The notes beneath the pieces were generated by a model. The model saw only the letters and a program-made list of their open reading frames with translations, did no database searches and was not told the DNA's origin. Positions 1 to 9,868 of a stretch of 64,000 nucleotides of DNA are shown here, piece after piece. Numbering within the stretch: the stretch's first letter is position 1; each line of letters opens with the position of its first letter. The position numbers and the translations under genes were made by a program. Source of the DNA: Leptospiraceae bacterium (GTDB lineage Bacteria; Spirochaetota; Leptospiria; Leptospirales; Leptonemataceae); assembly GCA_040217195.1 (NCBI GenBank), contig JAVJNR010000009.1:64001-128000 (forward strand), read 5' to 3'.

Positions 1-52
1 CTGCATTTTAGCAGGTTAGTATTATTAAAAATAGAGAAAAGAAGGACTATCG

Positions 53-532
53 ATGAAAGGTGATCAAAAGGTAATCGAGTATTTAAACAAATCGATTAGA
101 AATGAACTAACGGCCATTAATCAGTATTTTCTGCACTCCAGGATGTTCAAGGACTGGGGCCTGACCAAACTGGCTCAGTATGAGTACAAGGAATCCATCG
201 ATGAGATGAAGCATGCAGATCAGCTTATCGAAAGAGTACTCTTTCTGGAAGGCCTGCCCAATCTTCAGGATCTGAATAAGCTCAGAATCGGCGAAGATGT
301 GGCTGAATGTCTGCGAGGAGACCTTGCTCTGGAAATGGATGCACTACCTATACTCAGAGAATCCATCGAATACTGCGAAGCGAACAAAGACTATGTTAGC
401 CGGGAACTATTTTCCAGTATCCTGGAGTCAGAAGAAGAGCATGTGGATTTCCTGGAAACTCAATTGAGCCTGATCGAGAAAATAGGCATTCAAAACTATC
501 TGCAATCCCAGATGGGCGAGGCAGAGGACTAA
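53..532 (+). CDS. bfr: Bacterioferritin
   Basis: 159 aa; MKGD start, [17 protein letters not shown] (heme Met and ferroxidase residues), [28 protein letters not shown] upstream. Confidence 0.97.
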   Translation: MKGDQKVIEYLNKSIRNELTAINQYFLHSRMFKDWGLTKLAQYEYKESIDEMKHADQLIERVLFLEGLPNLQDLNKLRIGEDVAECLRGDLALEMDALPILRESIEYCEANKDYVSRELFSSILESEEEHVDFLETQLSLIEKIGIQNYLQSQMGEAED

Positions 533-548
533 TCCAATTGCCGGCCAT

Positions 549-569
549 GGCGGGCTTTCCTGGCCCGCC
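549..569. terminator. Possible terminator hairpin between convergent bfr and GtrA genes
   Basis: ggcgggc-N7-gcccgcc stem just after the bfr stop; no clear U-tract. Confidence 0.35.
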
Positions 570-633
570 CCCGGCCTGTCATCTCTGCATTTTAAGATCC
601 TTTTTCCGATTCTATGAAAAATCAGCGGGAGGT

Positions 634-1050
634 CTATCCCTCTGTTTCGCCGAAGCCCGCAGAAAAAACCAGGGTTTTGCTCAAAACAAAGTTCAGTACC
701 GTGCCTGCAGCAATGCCCGCCAGCTGAGCCAGAACCACCGGCCAGTGCAAACTTTCAGTAAAGATCATGAGCACTATCAGGTTCGCGCCCAACCCTATCA
801 GATTTACCATTACATACAGTAACCAGGATTTCAGGGAGTCCTGATTTCCAGAAAAGGTCCATCGGCTATTGATTACATAGTTGCTGGTTGCAGCCAGAAG
901 AAATGATAGGGATGCAGATGGAAGATAGTGTAATCCCAGCCTGCGAACTGTTTCAAAAATCGCCAGGTTGATGGCAGTTCCCAGAGCACCCACAAGAGCA
1001 AATCGAATAAACTGGCTTACTGTTTTTTGAAGTGGGCCTTTAATGAGCAT
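634..1050 (-). CDS. GtrA-family membrane protein (lipid-linked sugar translocase-like)
   Basis: QFIRFALVGALGTAINL...NYVINSRWTF...NFVLSKTLVF, four hydrophobic helices; start probably ATG 1050 rather than 1122. Confidence 0.85.
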   Translation of the reverse strand: MLIKGPLQKTVSQFIRFALVGALGTAINLAIFETVRRLGLHYLPSASLSFLLAATSNYVINSRWTFSGNQDSLKSWLLYVMVNLIGLGANLIVLMIFTESLHWPVVLAQLAGIAAGTVLNFVLSKTLVFSAGFGETEG

Positions 1051-1340
1051 TCCATTATCTCCTCGCAGGTAATGGCTCCCCTGCTCAGGCAATTCTTCAC
1101 AGTCCCTGCATGTTTCATACATCCAGAATAGCAGCCGGAGCGAAACGTTTCGGCGCTCATATGCGGCGGCAATTGCGATGAAGCACAGCTAGCGAACTGA
1201 TTGCAGGTTTGCGAACACACAGCAGTTGCCTCTTCAGAAGGCAATTCAGCTCCGGATCGATCCTTCCAGTTCGCCGCCGCCAGGCTCATGCACACCGTAG
1301 CAAATAGTAGCAGGGGTGAATACTTACGGATTCCTTTCAT
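1017..1340 (-). CDS. Small secreted Cys-rich protein
   Basis: Signal peptide followed by 8 Cys (CxxxCxxxxxC...CxxxC...C...CxxxxxC); resembles leptospiral Cys-rich proteins (from memory). Confidence 0.7.
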   Translation of the reverse strand: MKGIRKYSPLLLFATVCMSLAAANWKDRSGAELPSEEATAVCSQTCNQFASCASSQLPPHMSAETFRSGCYSGCMKHAGTVKNCLSRGAITCEEIMECSLKAHFKKQ

Positions 1341-3099
1341 AGATTATACGACTCCTTTGCATGGATTCTGGATTACCCAGATGATTCCAGTACTGCGCTG
1401 CACTGGCTTCTTTCCAGACCGGATGCCGTTCCAGAACGCGATAGCCCTTAAGCGATGCAGCAGGATCATGCTCAACGATAAAAGAACTGCCATCGCATTC
1501 GCCGGCCAGGTCGGGATGACGCTGTTTCAATTGGGATTCCTTCAGCACAGCACCGTATGCAAGAGCACTCCAGGGGTTTTCACTAATAATACAAACTGAT
1601 TCATGGTTCAGTCTTTCTCTGGCAGCGCCGGACAGCAGAGGCGGAAAGATTGCCGGAAAAACAGTAAATGGCAATAGAAGTGAAAACACCAATCCAGGCA
1701 GGATCTGTTTAAATTCCCTGGATTCAGCATTTCGGAAATCCCTGGGACTGGAAATCAGTATGTAGATTGCGGCCATTGCCGGAATCGTACAGGTCAGGGC
1801 CGCCACATAATGACCGAGGTACATCAGGGAAAGACTGACAGTAATGGACAGAAATACAACCAGCCATTGAGTGCTTCGCATGCTCCGGGCCGGTGCCAGG
1901 CCCCCTGCAACAAAGAGCAATCCGAATAGAGGCAGCATGTAGTAATCCGCTTTTCGGTGTGGAACTAAATGAAACAGTAATACAGCCAGAAATGCTAGAA
2001 CCAGCAGCCAGGCAAACTGACGAGCAGGAGTAACCAGTGAGTAAGACGATCTAAACAGGCTTCGTATGGAGCCAAGCAGCAGAAAAGTCCAGGGCAGCGA
2101 ATAGAGTATAATCCCCTGAAGCAGAATCCATTCCCCCTGATTCGCATCGACGAACTTCGCAGCATTTTCAAAGACCAGAAAATAGTTTACCAGATCCATA
2201 CCCCGGGGATGACCCATCAGATAAAGTGCATAGGCAACTAGAGGAATGATAGCACCTGCCATTACCGGAATACCGGCCCGTATCACCGGCCCGATGGCCT
2301 GAGCGTTAATCCCGGCCCTGAACCGACCGGAGGTTCGCACCCATTGCATAAAGGCCCAGGTTAGAAGTCCGAGCACCAGGTAGATGGGCACAAGTGCTCC
2401 TTTATACAAATAACTACTGCCCACCAGTAGCCCCAGGGAGAACAGTTTACCGGAGCCACCTGCCAGAAGCCATCGAGCGAATAGATACAGAGTGGCCAGA
2501 ATATGGGCTGCCATGATTTGCTCGAACATCAGTAAACGCCCGAACTTCATTACACCCAGAGTAGACAGATACATGGCAGCCCACAGGAAAGCTGTCCCTG
2601 GAGCGGCCCGATAAAGTAGTAGAAGCTCAAATATGAACAGAGCCGCCAGCGCACTGGAAAATACAGAAATGATTCTCTCTGCCAGAAGCATTTGATCCAT
2701 GCCCAGCCATTCCGAGACCTTTTCAGAGGCCATGCCCAGCCAGAATAGCAGCGGCGGCTTGTAGTAGTTTACGAATCCGTTTAGTTCCGGATATAGAATG
2801 GAGTCCGATTCCAGCGAATCGTGCACAGTGGCGATGTGCATTACTTCATCGCCCTGGCCGGGATTGGATGTATTCTGTATGTTGGGAATTAGAAGCAGAC
2901 CTGATAACAGCACCAGAGCCCATCTAAGTCTGAAACTCGAGATTGAAAATCCCGGCCCGGAGATTTTGCCCGAGGGACTTGCCGAAGGAACTGGTTGAAA
3001 CCTGTACTGGCCCACAGGCTGAATGCGCACCGGCGGCCGGATAATCGATGGAACACTCATTATAGAGATGTTATTTACTCGGGCAAGTAGCGGCAACAA
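1324..3099 (-). CDS. ArnT/PMT-like (GT-C fold) membrane glycosyltransferase
   Basis: GDE motif after TM1, YYKPPLLFWL, YKG, KADYYMLP, many TM helices; true start may be ATG 3060 or later. Confidence 0.82.
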   Translation of the reverse strand: MLPLLARVNNISIMSVPSIIRPPVRIQPVGQYRFQPVPSASPSGKISGPGFSISSFRLRWALVLLSGLLLIPNIQNTSNPGQGDEVMHIATVHDSLESDSILYPELNGFVNYYKPPLLFWLGMASEKVSEWLGMDQMLLAERIISVFSSALAALFIFELLLLYRAAPGTAFLWAAMYLSTLGVMKFGRLLMFEQIMAAHILATLYLFARWLLAGGSGKLFSLGLLVGSSYLYKGALVPIYLVLGLLTWAFMQWVRTSGRFRAGINAQAIGPVIRAGIPVMAGAIIPLVAYALYLMGHPRGMDLVNYFLVFENAAKFVDANQGEWILLQGIILYSLPWTFLLLGSIRSLFRSSYSLVTPARQFAWLLVLAFLAVLLFHLVPHRKADYYMLPLFGLLFVAGGLAPARSMRSTQWLVVFLSITVSLSLMYLGHYVAALTCTIPAMAAIYILISSPRDFRNAESREFKQILPGLVFSLLLPFTVFPAIFPPLLSGAARERLNHESVCIISENPWSALAYGAVLKESQLKQRHPDLAGECDGSSFIVEHDPAASLKGYRVLERHPVWKEASAAQYWNHLGNPESMQRSRIIYERNP

Positions 3100-3151
3100 G
3101 GAAAATTGGAAAACTGCTGGTCAGCGGTTGGTTTTTCTGTTCCCCTGAGAT

Positions 3152-3745
3152 ATGAGTTTCTGGCCTCTAAATTTCGAAGAGCTCAGCAGTGAAGAAAAAC
3201 TGCTCTTCGGCGCCTATCGAAGCCTTCTGGAAAAAGGCTATCAGGGAACTACATCCCGTAGCATTGCCGAATTCGCAGGAGTGAATCAGGGTCTGATTCA
3301 TCATTATTATGGAAGCCAGGAGAATCTATTTGCTCGAATGATTTTTCGTCTGCATGCAGAGGCCCATAGAATCGTTGCTGAAGCATCCACTCGAAGAGAA
3401 ATGCTGGAATTCTTCTGTCAGGCAGGTGCATCCGCCGGCACCATGGAAGCAGACATTTGTAGTCTGGGCCGTGAAATGCCCAGAGTGAAGGATGCCATGA
3501 TGCAAACCATGGCCTGTAAACGCAGGGATATCTCTGAAGTATTTGGATTTCAGCGTCCAGAAGACATTACTCTGTTTCTGGGCGCTTTGCGCGGAATTCA
3601 AATTGAGCTGGCCCTGAACCCGGATCTGGATCAAAGAGCCTGCCTGGATAGACTGGCCGATTTGCTTCTGGGTGGTTCGCAGGTTCTCGACGAGCCTCTG
3701 GAATGGGATCCTTCGGAACGACTGGCTGCCGCTTCCACCAGATAG
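3152..3745 (+). CDS. TetR/AcrR-family transcriptional regulator
   Basis: N-terminal HTH GYQGTTSRSIAEFAGVNQGLIHHYYGSQENL. Confidence 0.9.
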   Translation: MSFWPLNFEELSSEEKLLFGAYRSLLEKGYQGTTSRSIAEFAGVNQGLIHHYYGSQENLFARMIFRLHAEAHRIVAEASTRREMLEFFCQAGASAGTMEADICSLGREMPRVKDAMMQTMACKRRDISEVFGFQRPEDITLFLGALRGIQIELALNPDLDQRACLDRLADLLLGGSQVLDEPLEWDPSERLAAASTR

Positions 3746-3769
3746 CTCCCCTTTTTCTGTCAGACCAAT

Positions 3770-5071
3770 CTAGCTTTTCAAGAATTCCTGGATGGCCTCT
3801 GCAACGGTGCGATAGGTCTCTTCGAATTTCTGGTCATCCTTTTCCAGAAGTGTGCATCTAAATCCGCTTAAATCGGTAACAAAACTGGAAAGAGGTACCA
3901 CGCAAATATTTCGAGAACCCAGAAGATGGTACACAAACTTTCGATCCGGCTCCACTCCAGGAGGACAGAGCTTATCGATGTAAGCCTGAATTGTAGAATC
4001 TGGCATCTTTAGATGCATATTCTCTTTCAGAGGTTGATCGAAAACAACACTTACGTAGAAAGCTCCATCCGGAGGATTGACGATTACTCCGGGACAATCC
4101 GCAAAAATCTTTCCTATCATCTGACTGCGCTTTTCGAAAAATCCATTTCTCTGTCGCTGCCAGTTCTCGTATTCAGGATTGCTCATTACTTCCGGGATTA
4201 CAGCCTGGGGTAATGTGGTGGAAGACACCTCAAGCATCTTCGCATTCAGAATGCTCTGAATGTAGAGTTCAAACATGGGATCTTTATGATGGTTATAAAC
4301 TTCCATCCATCCGCAGCGCCCGCCTGGCCAGGGAAACTCTTTGGAAATGCCCTTTAATGCGATGGCTGGAACCTCACCCACTACTTCGCTAATGGGTGTG
4401 CATTCCTTGCCATTGTAAACCATGTTGATGTAGATTTCATCTGCTACCAGAAAGAGTTTGTACTTTCTGGCAATCTCCACCATCTCTTCGATTATTTCCC
4501 GGGGAAATACTGCTCCGGTGGGATTGTCCGGATTGATAATCATTATTCCAGCAATGCTTTCGTTGTATTTTACCTTATTTCGTAGCTCTTCCAGATCTGG
4601 CATCCAGCCCCGGGCCGGGTCCAGCTGATAGGTAATGGGCGGATAACCGGAATGAGCTGCTTCTGCAGAAGAATGGGTTGGATAGGCTGGAGAAGGTCCG
4701 ATTACACGGGCTTCCCTTCGCAGAAAACCGTATACTTTGCTGACCGCATCTCCCAGGCCATTAAAGAACAGTATATCGTTTGCATCGATCTTTACAGTTC
4801 CCCTGGAATTTCTTCGCCTGGCCAGAAATTCCCGAGTCTCCAGAAGTCCTTTGGTGGGACTGTAGCCATAGGTTTCATCCTTCATTGCATGACTGGCAAC
4901 AATTTCCTTCATCCATACAGGCAAGGATTCTCCCTTCTGAATGGGATCGCCTATGTTTTCCCACTGGATGGGCTGTCCGCTCATCCGGGCAATTTCGTGG
5001 GCCACATCTACAATCTTACGAATTTCATAGTTAAGCTCGGTAGCACCGATGTGGACTATATTGGTTCTCAT
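3770..5071 (-). CDS. PLP-dependent aminotransferase class I/II (AlaA-like)
   Basis: NIGDP, INPDNPTG, ADEIY, GISKEFPWPGGRCGW (PLP lysine), GAFY. Confidence 0.92.
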   Translation of the reverse strand: MRTNIVHIGATELNYEIRKIVDVAHEIARMSGQPIQWENIGDPIQKGESLPVWMKEIVASHAMKDETYGYSPTKGLLETREFLARRRNSRGTVKIDANDILFFNGLGDAVSKVYGFLRREARVIGPSPAYPTHSSAEAAHSGYPPITYQLDPARGWMPDLEELRNKVKYNESIAGIMIINPDNPTGAVFPREIIEEMVEIARKYKLFLVADEIYINMVYNGKECTPISEVVGEVPAIALKGISKEFPWPGGRCGWMEVYNHHKDPMFELYIQSILNAKMLEVSSTTLPQAVIPEVMSNPEYENWQRQRNGFFEKRSQMIGKIFADCPGVIVNPPDGAFYVSVVFDQPLKENMHLKMPDSTIQAYIDKLCPPGVEPDRKFVYHLLGSRNICVVPLSSFVTDLSGFRCTLLEKDDQKFEETYRTVAEAIQEFLKS

Positions 5072-5072
5072 C

Positions 5073-6026
5073 TTAATTCAAGCGAAATCCGGCTCCGAAA
5101 TACAGACGGCCCAGATACAAACTCCCCTTTTCTGGATTTACCAGCACCTCTGTGAAGTCAATCGGGTTATTTCGCGGCTGCGTAACGGCCCAGTGGCCTA
5201 CCATGTAAGCTTCTGTGTAAAGGAAGTAGGATTCGCTTAGATTGAACCTCAGTCCGGCGGAAACAGCAGCATGGTATTCCATAAGCCAGGCATGGGTTTC
5301 TACATCGCCCAGAAAGCCCCGTCCCACTCCGGCAGAAATCTGCAAATAGGGATCTATGTCCGCCCCGGGACTGAAATGGTAAGCCAGAGTACCGTCCAGA
5401 GCATAGCTGGTAGCCAGAAGAAACCAGCTTCGAGTCCCCTCGGTGGTTTGATAGAATCCAGATAGAGGCGTGTACCGATCCAACTGTACGTAGGTCAGTG
5501 GAACATCAGCGCGGCCCCAAACATTTAAATAGCGAAAGGACACTCCCCAGCTCCATCCACCAGCTTCGCTGGACTGATAGTTAATGGCCACATTGTCCGA
5601 ACGTAGCTCAAACTCGGGGGCCTGATAGATGGGGCCCAGCTGCTGTATGATGGGAGTGTAGGTAGGCTCGTATAGAATCCCTGTGTTGATAAAGCCAGCC
5701 AGCAATTCTAAATCATTTCCTGCACCATCCAGAATGCTTCCGGAGCCCCATAGAGCGGGACCATAGGCAAAAGACACAGAGCTGGAATTAGCAGGATTGT
5801 CAGATTGCTCTGCGTATGCGGAGTTGGTAATCGATCCGAAAGCAAGTAGAGCAACGAGAATTGAAAATAGCAGGGGGGACGAACGCCCCCCTGTTTGTCT
5901 TTCAGGATAGAATAATACCCTCCATGGCTGCCACGAAACAGCCTTTTGTCCGCCTTCAGACAAAGGAGAGAAACCCGTATGCGTCTGGCGGATTCTTCTG
6001 GAGGATCTATTCCTGGAGACTATCAA
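5073..6026 (-). CDS. Putative outer-membrane beta-barrel protein
   Basis: Signal-like segment ending AYA; amphipathic strands (DPYLQISAGVG, AGLRFNLSE); C-terminal YFGAGFRLN; start uncertain. Confidence 0.6.
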   Translation of the reverse strand: MIVSRNRSSRRIRQTHTGFSPLSEGGQKAVSWQPWRVLFYPERQTGGRSSPLLFSILVALLAFGSITNSAYAEQSDNPANSSSVSFAYGPALWGSGSILDGAGNDLELLAGFINTGILYEPTYTPIIQQLGPIYQAPEFELRSDNVAINYQSSEAGGWSWGVSFRYLNVWGRADVPLTYVQLDRYTPLSGFYQTTEGTRSWFLLATSYALDGTLAYHFSPGADIDPYLQISAGVGRGFLGDVETHAWLMEYHAAVSAGLRFNLSESYFLYTEAYMVGHWAVTQPRNNPIDFTEVLVNPEKGSLYLGRLYFGAGFRLN

Positions 6027-6115
6027 TCACAATTCCTTTATCGACTTTCCAAATCCGTACTTAACAGTGGTGGAAAAACAATTCATAAAAAATTCGGAGC
6101 ATTTTCGGGAAGTTT

Positions 6116-6871
6116 TCATTTCTGGCCATCTGAGGAAGAGGACAGCGGGAAGTAGTCCGCAAAATCCTCGGAGCCTATGATCTTTACCTGACCAGGTCGA
6201 AGCTTGTTTTTATACTCCATGGCCGATATGCCATGAATCAAAAATCCCGGATAGTAATAATCCAATCCCATTTCCTGAGCCAGATGAATTTCCAGCAACA
6301 TAGAATAGTGTCCAGGAGAATATGAGCTGTATTCCGGATCGAAAAAGAAATACACCGAACTCCAGGCATCCATGATCAAATCGCATATACCCAGGCCTAT
6401 CATTTTACCCTCATCCCAGATCTGTAATTCGCGAGTTCGATCTCCAAGAAAACTTCGTACGAAAAACTCCATATAGGAAAATTCATCCAGCATCAATGCC
6501 TGTTCCGGATCGCCATGCTGGGCTGCCAGATACTTTCGATATAAATCCATTTTCTCCTGGGTCATTCCCGGTCGCACCAATCTGTACTGAAATCGCTGCT
6601 GACCCGATCGAAACACCCTTCGCTGGCTCTTTCGCATTTCGAAGGAGTCTACATGCACTCTATAAATCTGACATTCCCGGCAGGATGGACAATCCGGACG
6701 ATAAAGGTGATCCCCGCTACGTCTGTACCCTTCATCCAGCAGCATTCGATACATCTGCCCCACATTATCGCCGCGAAGAAAAAGCAATGATGCAGGCCGA
6801 TCCTTGAAGTAAGGACAGAGAGGCTCATGCCTGGCCAGAAAGAATTGCTTTTCCAATTGCGGTAAATTCAT
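6116..6871 (-). CDS. ate: Arginyl-tRNA--protein transferase / Bpt-like aminoacyl transferase (ATE_N + ATE_C)
   Basis: CPY, GYRRSGDHLYRPDCPSCREC, SSVYFFFDP, SPG, YYYPGF, MEYK motifs. Confidence 0.88.
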   Translation of the reverse strand: MNLPQLEKQFFLARHEPLCPYFKDRPASLLFLRGDNVGQMYRMLLDEGYRRSGDHLYRPDCPSCRECQIYRVHVDSFEMRKSQRRVFRSGQQRFQYRLVRPGMTQEKMDLYRKYLAAQHGDPEQALMLDEFSYMEFFVRSFLGDRTRELQIWDEGKMIGLGICDLIMDAWSSVYFFFDPEYSSYSPGHYSMLLEIHLAQEMGLDYYYPGFLIHGISAMEYKNKLRPGQVKIIGSEDFADYFPLSSSSDGQK

Positions 6872-6883
6872 AGTGTTTTATAG

Positions 6884-7501
6884 AGGTACGCTCGCTCGGC
6901 TACCTCCTGTAGCCGCGCTCCCGTTTTCTTTTTTTGCGGTCCTACGGACCTTGCGATCATCCTGATCGCGGAGATCAAGATCTCCAGGTACGCTCACTCG
7001 GCTACCTCCTGTAGCCGCGCTCCCGTTTTCTTTTTTTGCGGTCCTACGGACCTTGCGATCATCCTGATCGCGGAGATCAAGATCTCCAGGTACGCTCGCT
7101 CGGCTACCTCCTGTAGCCGCGCTCCCGTTTTCTTTTTTTGCGGTCCTACGGACCTTGCGATCATCCTGATCGCGGAGATCAAGATCTCCAGGTACGCTCA
7201 CTCGGCTACCTCCTGTAGCCGCCCTCCCGTTATCTTTTTTTGCGGTCCTACGGACCTTGCATGAACCGGTTGGGTTGCGGCGCAACCCCCTCAAATTGCT
7301 GCCGCCTTCCAGTTGGCCTACCTGATCGCGGAGATCAAGATCTCCAGGTACGCTCACTCGGCTACCTCCTGTAGCCGCCCTCCCGTTATCTTTTTTTGCG
7401 GTCCTACGGACCTTGCATGAACCGGGTGGGTTGCGGCGCAACCCTCTCAAATTGCTGCCGCCTTCCAGTTGCCCCACCTGATCGCGGAGATCCGGATCTC
7501 C
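6884..7501. repeat. Tandem array of 3 x 102 bp and 2 x 156 bp units, each a chain of small hairpins
   Basis: Units start at 6884, 6986, 7088, 7190 and 7346; stems cggctac/gtagccg, ggtcc/ggacc, gcgatca/tgatcgc, ggagatc/gatctcc; long units add gggttgcg/cgcaaccc. Confidence 0.97.
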
Positions 7502-7705
7502 CCTAACGCTCGGCCTTTGAAGTCCGGTTTTTACCCACGGATATAAAGACCTCGCAAGCCAAACCACACGATTTGGTTTGTAGCACAATCGATGCACGGA
7601 ATCGTTGCTTGCGCTACCGAGCGGGGGCTCAAAAGCCCAACGTTGTGTCAGCTCTTTTGTCTTGACAGTTTTGTAACATCCGATCCAAGATCGTCGGGAA
7701 ATCCC

Positions 7706-9289
7706 ATGGCTTCCACCGGCAAAAATGATAACGATTCGGCTGACTCCATATTAGCACGGAGTTACCGGTTTTCCAACTATGTTCGGCTTGGCCTTGCCCT
7801 GGTTTTTGCCGGAGCGGTTCTGGCCACTGGAATCGGCCGGTTTCATTTAATCATTATACAGGCAGAAGCAGTGGGCACACTGGTCTACCTATTTCTGGGC
7901 CTTCTGGGACTCTACCTTATGCGGGGCGGTCGTATTCCCCGTCGGTATGCCCGGCTGGCCGTGTTTCTGGATCTAACCACATTGGGCGGCATCTTCGCTG
8001 TAGTCTGCTTTCACGGCACCTACCAGGCCTATCAGATGATAGGTAACATGCCGGTATTTGCCATATTCTTTATTAGCATCGGTTACTCGGCTCTGCTGGG
8101 TTCTCCAAGGTTCACATTTGCACTGACTCTTTATGCCGGTCTACTTTATGCGATGGGCCTGGTCATGGCGGCCAACAATGGCGTTGCATTTGGAGGCAAA
8201 CCCGATCCATTGAATCACGTCCTCAGCTTGCCAAATTGCATATTGCAAACATTGTTCATTGTCCTTACCGGAACCATCATTGCCGGAGTTCTACAGATGC
8301 ACAGGGGGCTTTCTAGAATTGCCGATGACCATGCAGGGGAAAAAGCAGCACTGATTCAGTCATTGAAGGAACGGCGGGAAAAGCTGGCCAATCATGCACT
8401 GGAGCTGGAGGCCACCACGGCCGATTTCAAGAGATTCGTGGAGGATACCACCGGTAGAATCGAAGCCCAGGCAGCAGCGCTGGAGCAAGCCAATGCTGTT
8501 TCAGAAGAGCTTACGGCCAGTGCGACCAGCACATCGGAAACCGTACAATCCCAGAGCCAGGGTATTGAGAGAATGGCAAGCGAAAGCCAGAGGCTGCGAA
8601 GTATCATAGATCATGTAGCCCGCTCCAACGAATCCCTGAATCGTTCAGCCCGAGATAGTATGGACAGTATGCAGGCTACCGGTGAGGCTATTGAGCAGAC
8701 CACAGGTAGCCTTCTGGATCTGGAACAGGCCTTTGCAAGCGTGCAGCAGATAACCACTATTATGATTGAGATCGCAGATAAGACGAATCTACTGTCCTTG
8801 AATGCATCCATTGAAGCAGCCAGAGCCGGAGATGCCGGCCGAGGATTTGCCGTGGTAGCCACTGAAGTTAGCAAACTTGCAGATTATACGGCCGAGAACG
8901 TCCGCAAAATTAGCGATATTGTGGAACAATCACTGCATACAATTGCAAATGCCCGTTCCCATGCGGATAATGCCGTTAGTCAGGCCACCACCCAGAGAAC
9001 CAGGACCAGAGAAACCGAACAGCAGGTCCGGGCTACTTCTGACCTGCTCAAGAGTCAGAATGAAATACTGGAAAACCTGATTGCTGAATTGGAAACTCAG
9101 AGGGACCGGGCCGGAGTTGTTATTAGCACGGCGCGTGAGCAGATAGAAGGACAGCAGGAGCTGGCAAGGACAATAACCAGCCTGGACTCCGAGGTAAGTA
9201 GAATTAACGAGGCCTCCACTCGGTTAAAACAGGGAATTGATAGTATAGCACGGCAGAGCCATGAACTGCGGGCATTGAGTCAGACGTAA
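7706..9289 (+). CDS. Methyl-accepting chemotaxis protein with multi-TM N-terminus
   Basis: [37 protein letters not shown]; about 6 TM helices; ATG 7706 in frame with ORF 7592. Confidence 0.93.
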   Translation: MASTGKNDNDSADSILARSYRFSNYVRLGLALVFAGAVLATGIGRFHLIIIQAEAVGTLVYLFLGLLGLYLMRGGRIPRRYARLAVFLDLTTLGGIFAVVCFHGTYQAYQMIGNMPVFAIFFISIGYSALLGSPRFTFALTLYAGLLYAMGLVMAANNGVAFGGKPDPLNHVLSLPNCILQTLFIVLTGTIIAGVLQMHRGLSRIADDHAGEKAALIQSLKERREKLANHALELEATTADFKRFVEDTTGRIEAQAAALEQANAVSEELTASATSTSETVQSQSQGIERMASESQRLRSIIDHVARSNESLNRSARDSMDSMQATGEAIEQTTGSLLDLEQAFASVQQITTIMIEIADKTNLLSLNASIEAARAGDAGRGFAVVATEVSKLADYTAENVRKISDIVEQSLHTIANARSHADNAVSQATTQRTRTRETEQQVRATSDLLKSQNEILENLIAELETQRDRAGVVISTAREQIEGQQELARTITSLDSEVSRINEASTRLKQGIDSIARQSHELRALSQT

Positions 9290-9385
9290 GCAGTCAGTTA
9301 CCAGGCAATTGTGGACTGGCTACACCTATAGCCTGCTCCATAGACTCTGTTCAATACTAATTCGCGGCGAATTCAGCGGTCTATT

Positions 9386-9802
9386 TCAGGGAAGAAATAC
9401 GGCAGCCAGTTCTTCTTCGGTTACTGGTTTGACGATATAGCCGGCTATTTCCTGAATTTTCTTCGCTCTTTCCATGTCTGCAGGATCTGTGCTGGAACTC
9501 ACCATAAATACCGTTACCTGCCTGGGTAGATCGGACCGCATTTGAGAAAATCTCTCCATGAACTCCCAGCCATCCATCACTGGCATATTTATATCCAGCA
9601 AAATTATTTCCGGTATTTGCTCCGGATTACTGGTGACCGCCGTCAGATACTCCAAGGCTTCCGATCCATCTGAGAAAACCATGAGGTTTCTGCACATCTG
9701 GCGGCGCTTGATTAGACGCCCGGCTGTATACGTATAGGCTTCATCGTCATCAATTATACAGGCCAGATCTATCTTTCTTTGAGATTCCATATCCAGTTGC
9801 AC
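9386..9802 (-). CDS. Single-domain response regulator (CheY-like)
   Basis: IIDDD, LLDINMPVMDG, VSSS, IVKP. Confidence 0.92.
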   Translation of the reverse strand: MQLDMESQRKIDLACIIDDDEAYTYTAGRLIKRRQMCRNLMVFSDGSEALEYLTAVTSNPEQIPEIILLDINMPVMDGWEFMERFSQMRSDLPRQVTVFMVSSSTDPADMERAKKIQEIAGYIVKPVTEEELAAVFLP

Positions 9803-9868
9803 ACTTGAACATTCCGCTGACTACAGTTCAAGCTTTTCTCGTTCTGGCCCCGTCGCGCCAACCATCGA

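Noticed and set aside
1077..1092. tcccctgctcaggcaa, partial box match
   Set aside because: Lies inside a coding region with a poor right arm; probably chance
6884..7501. CRISPR array
   Set aside because: Units are near-identical along their whole length with no unique spacers, and there are no cas genes in the window
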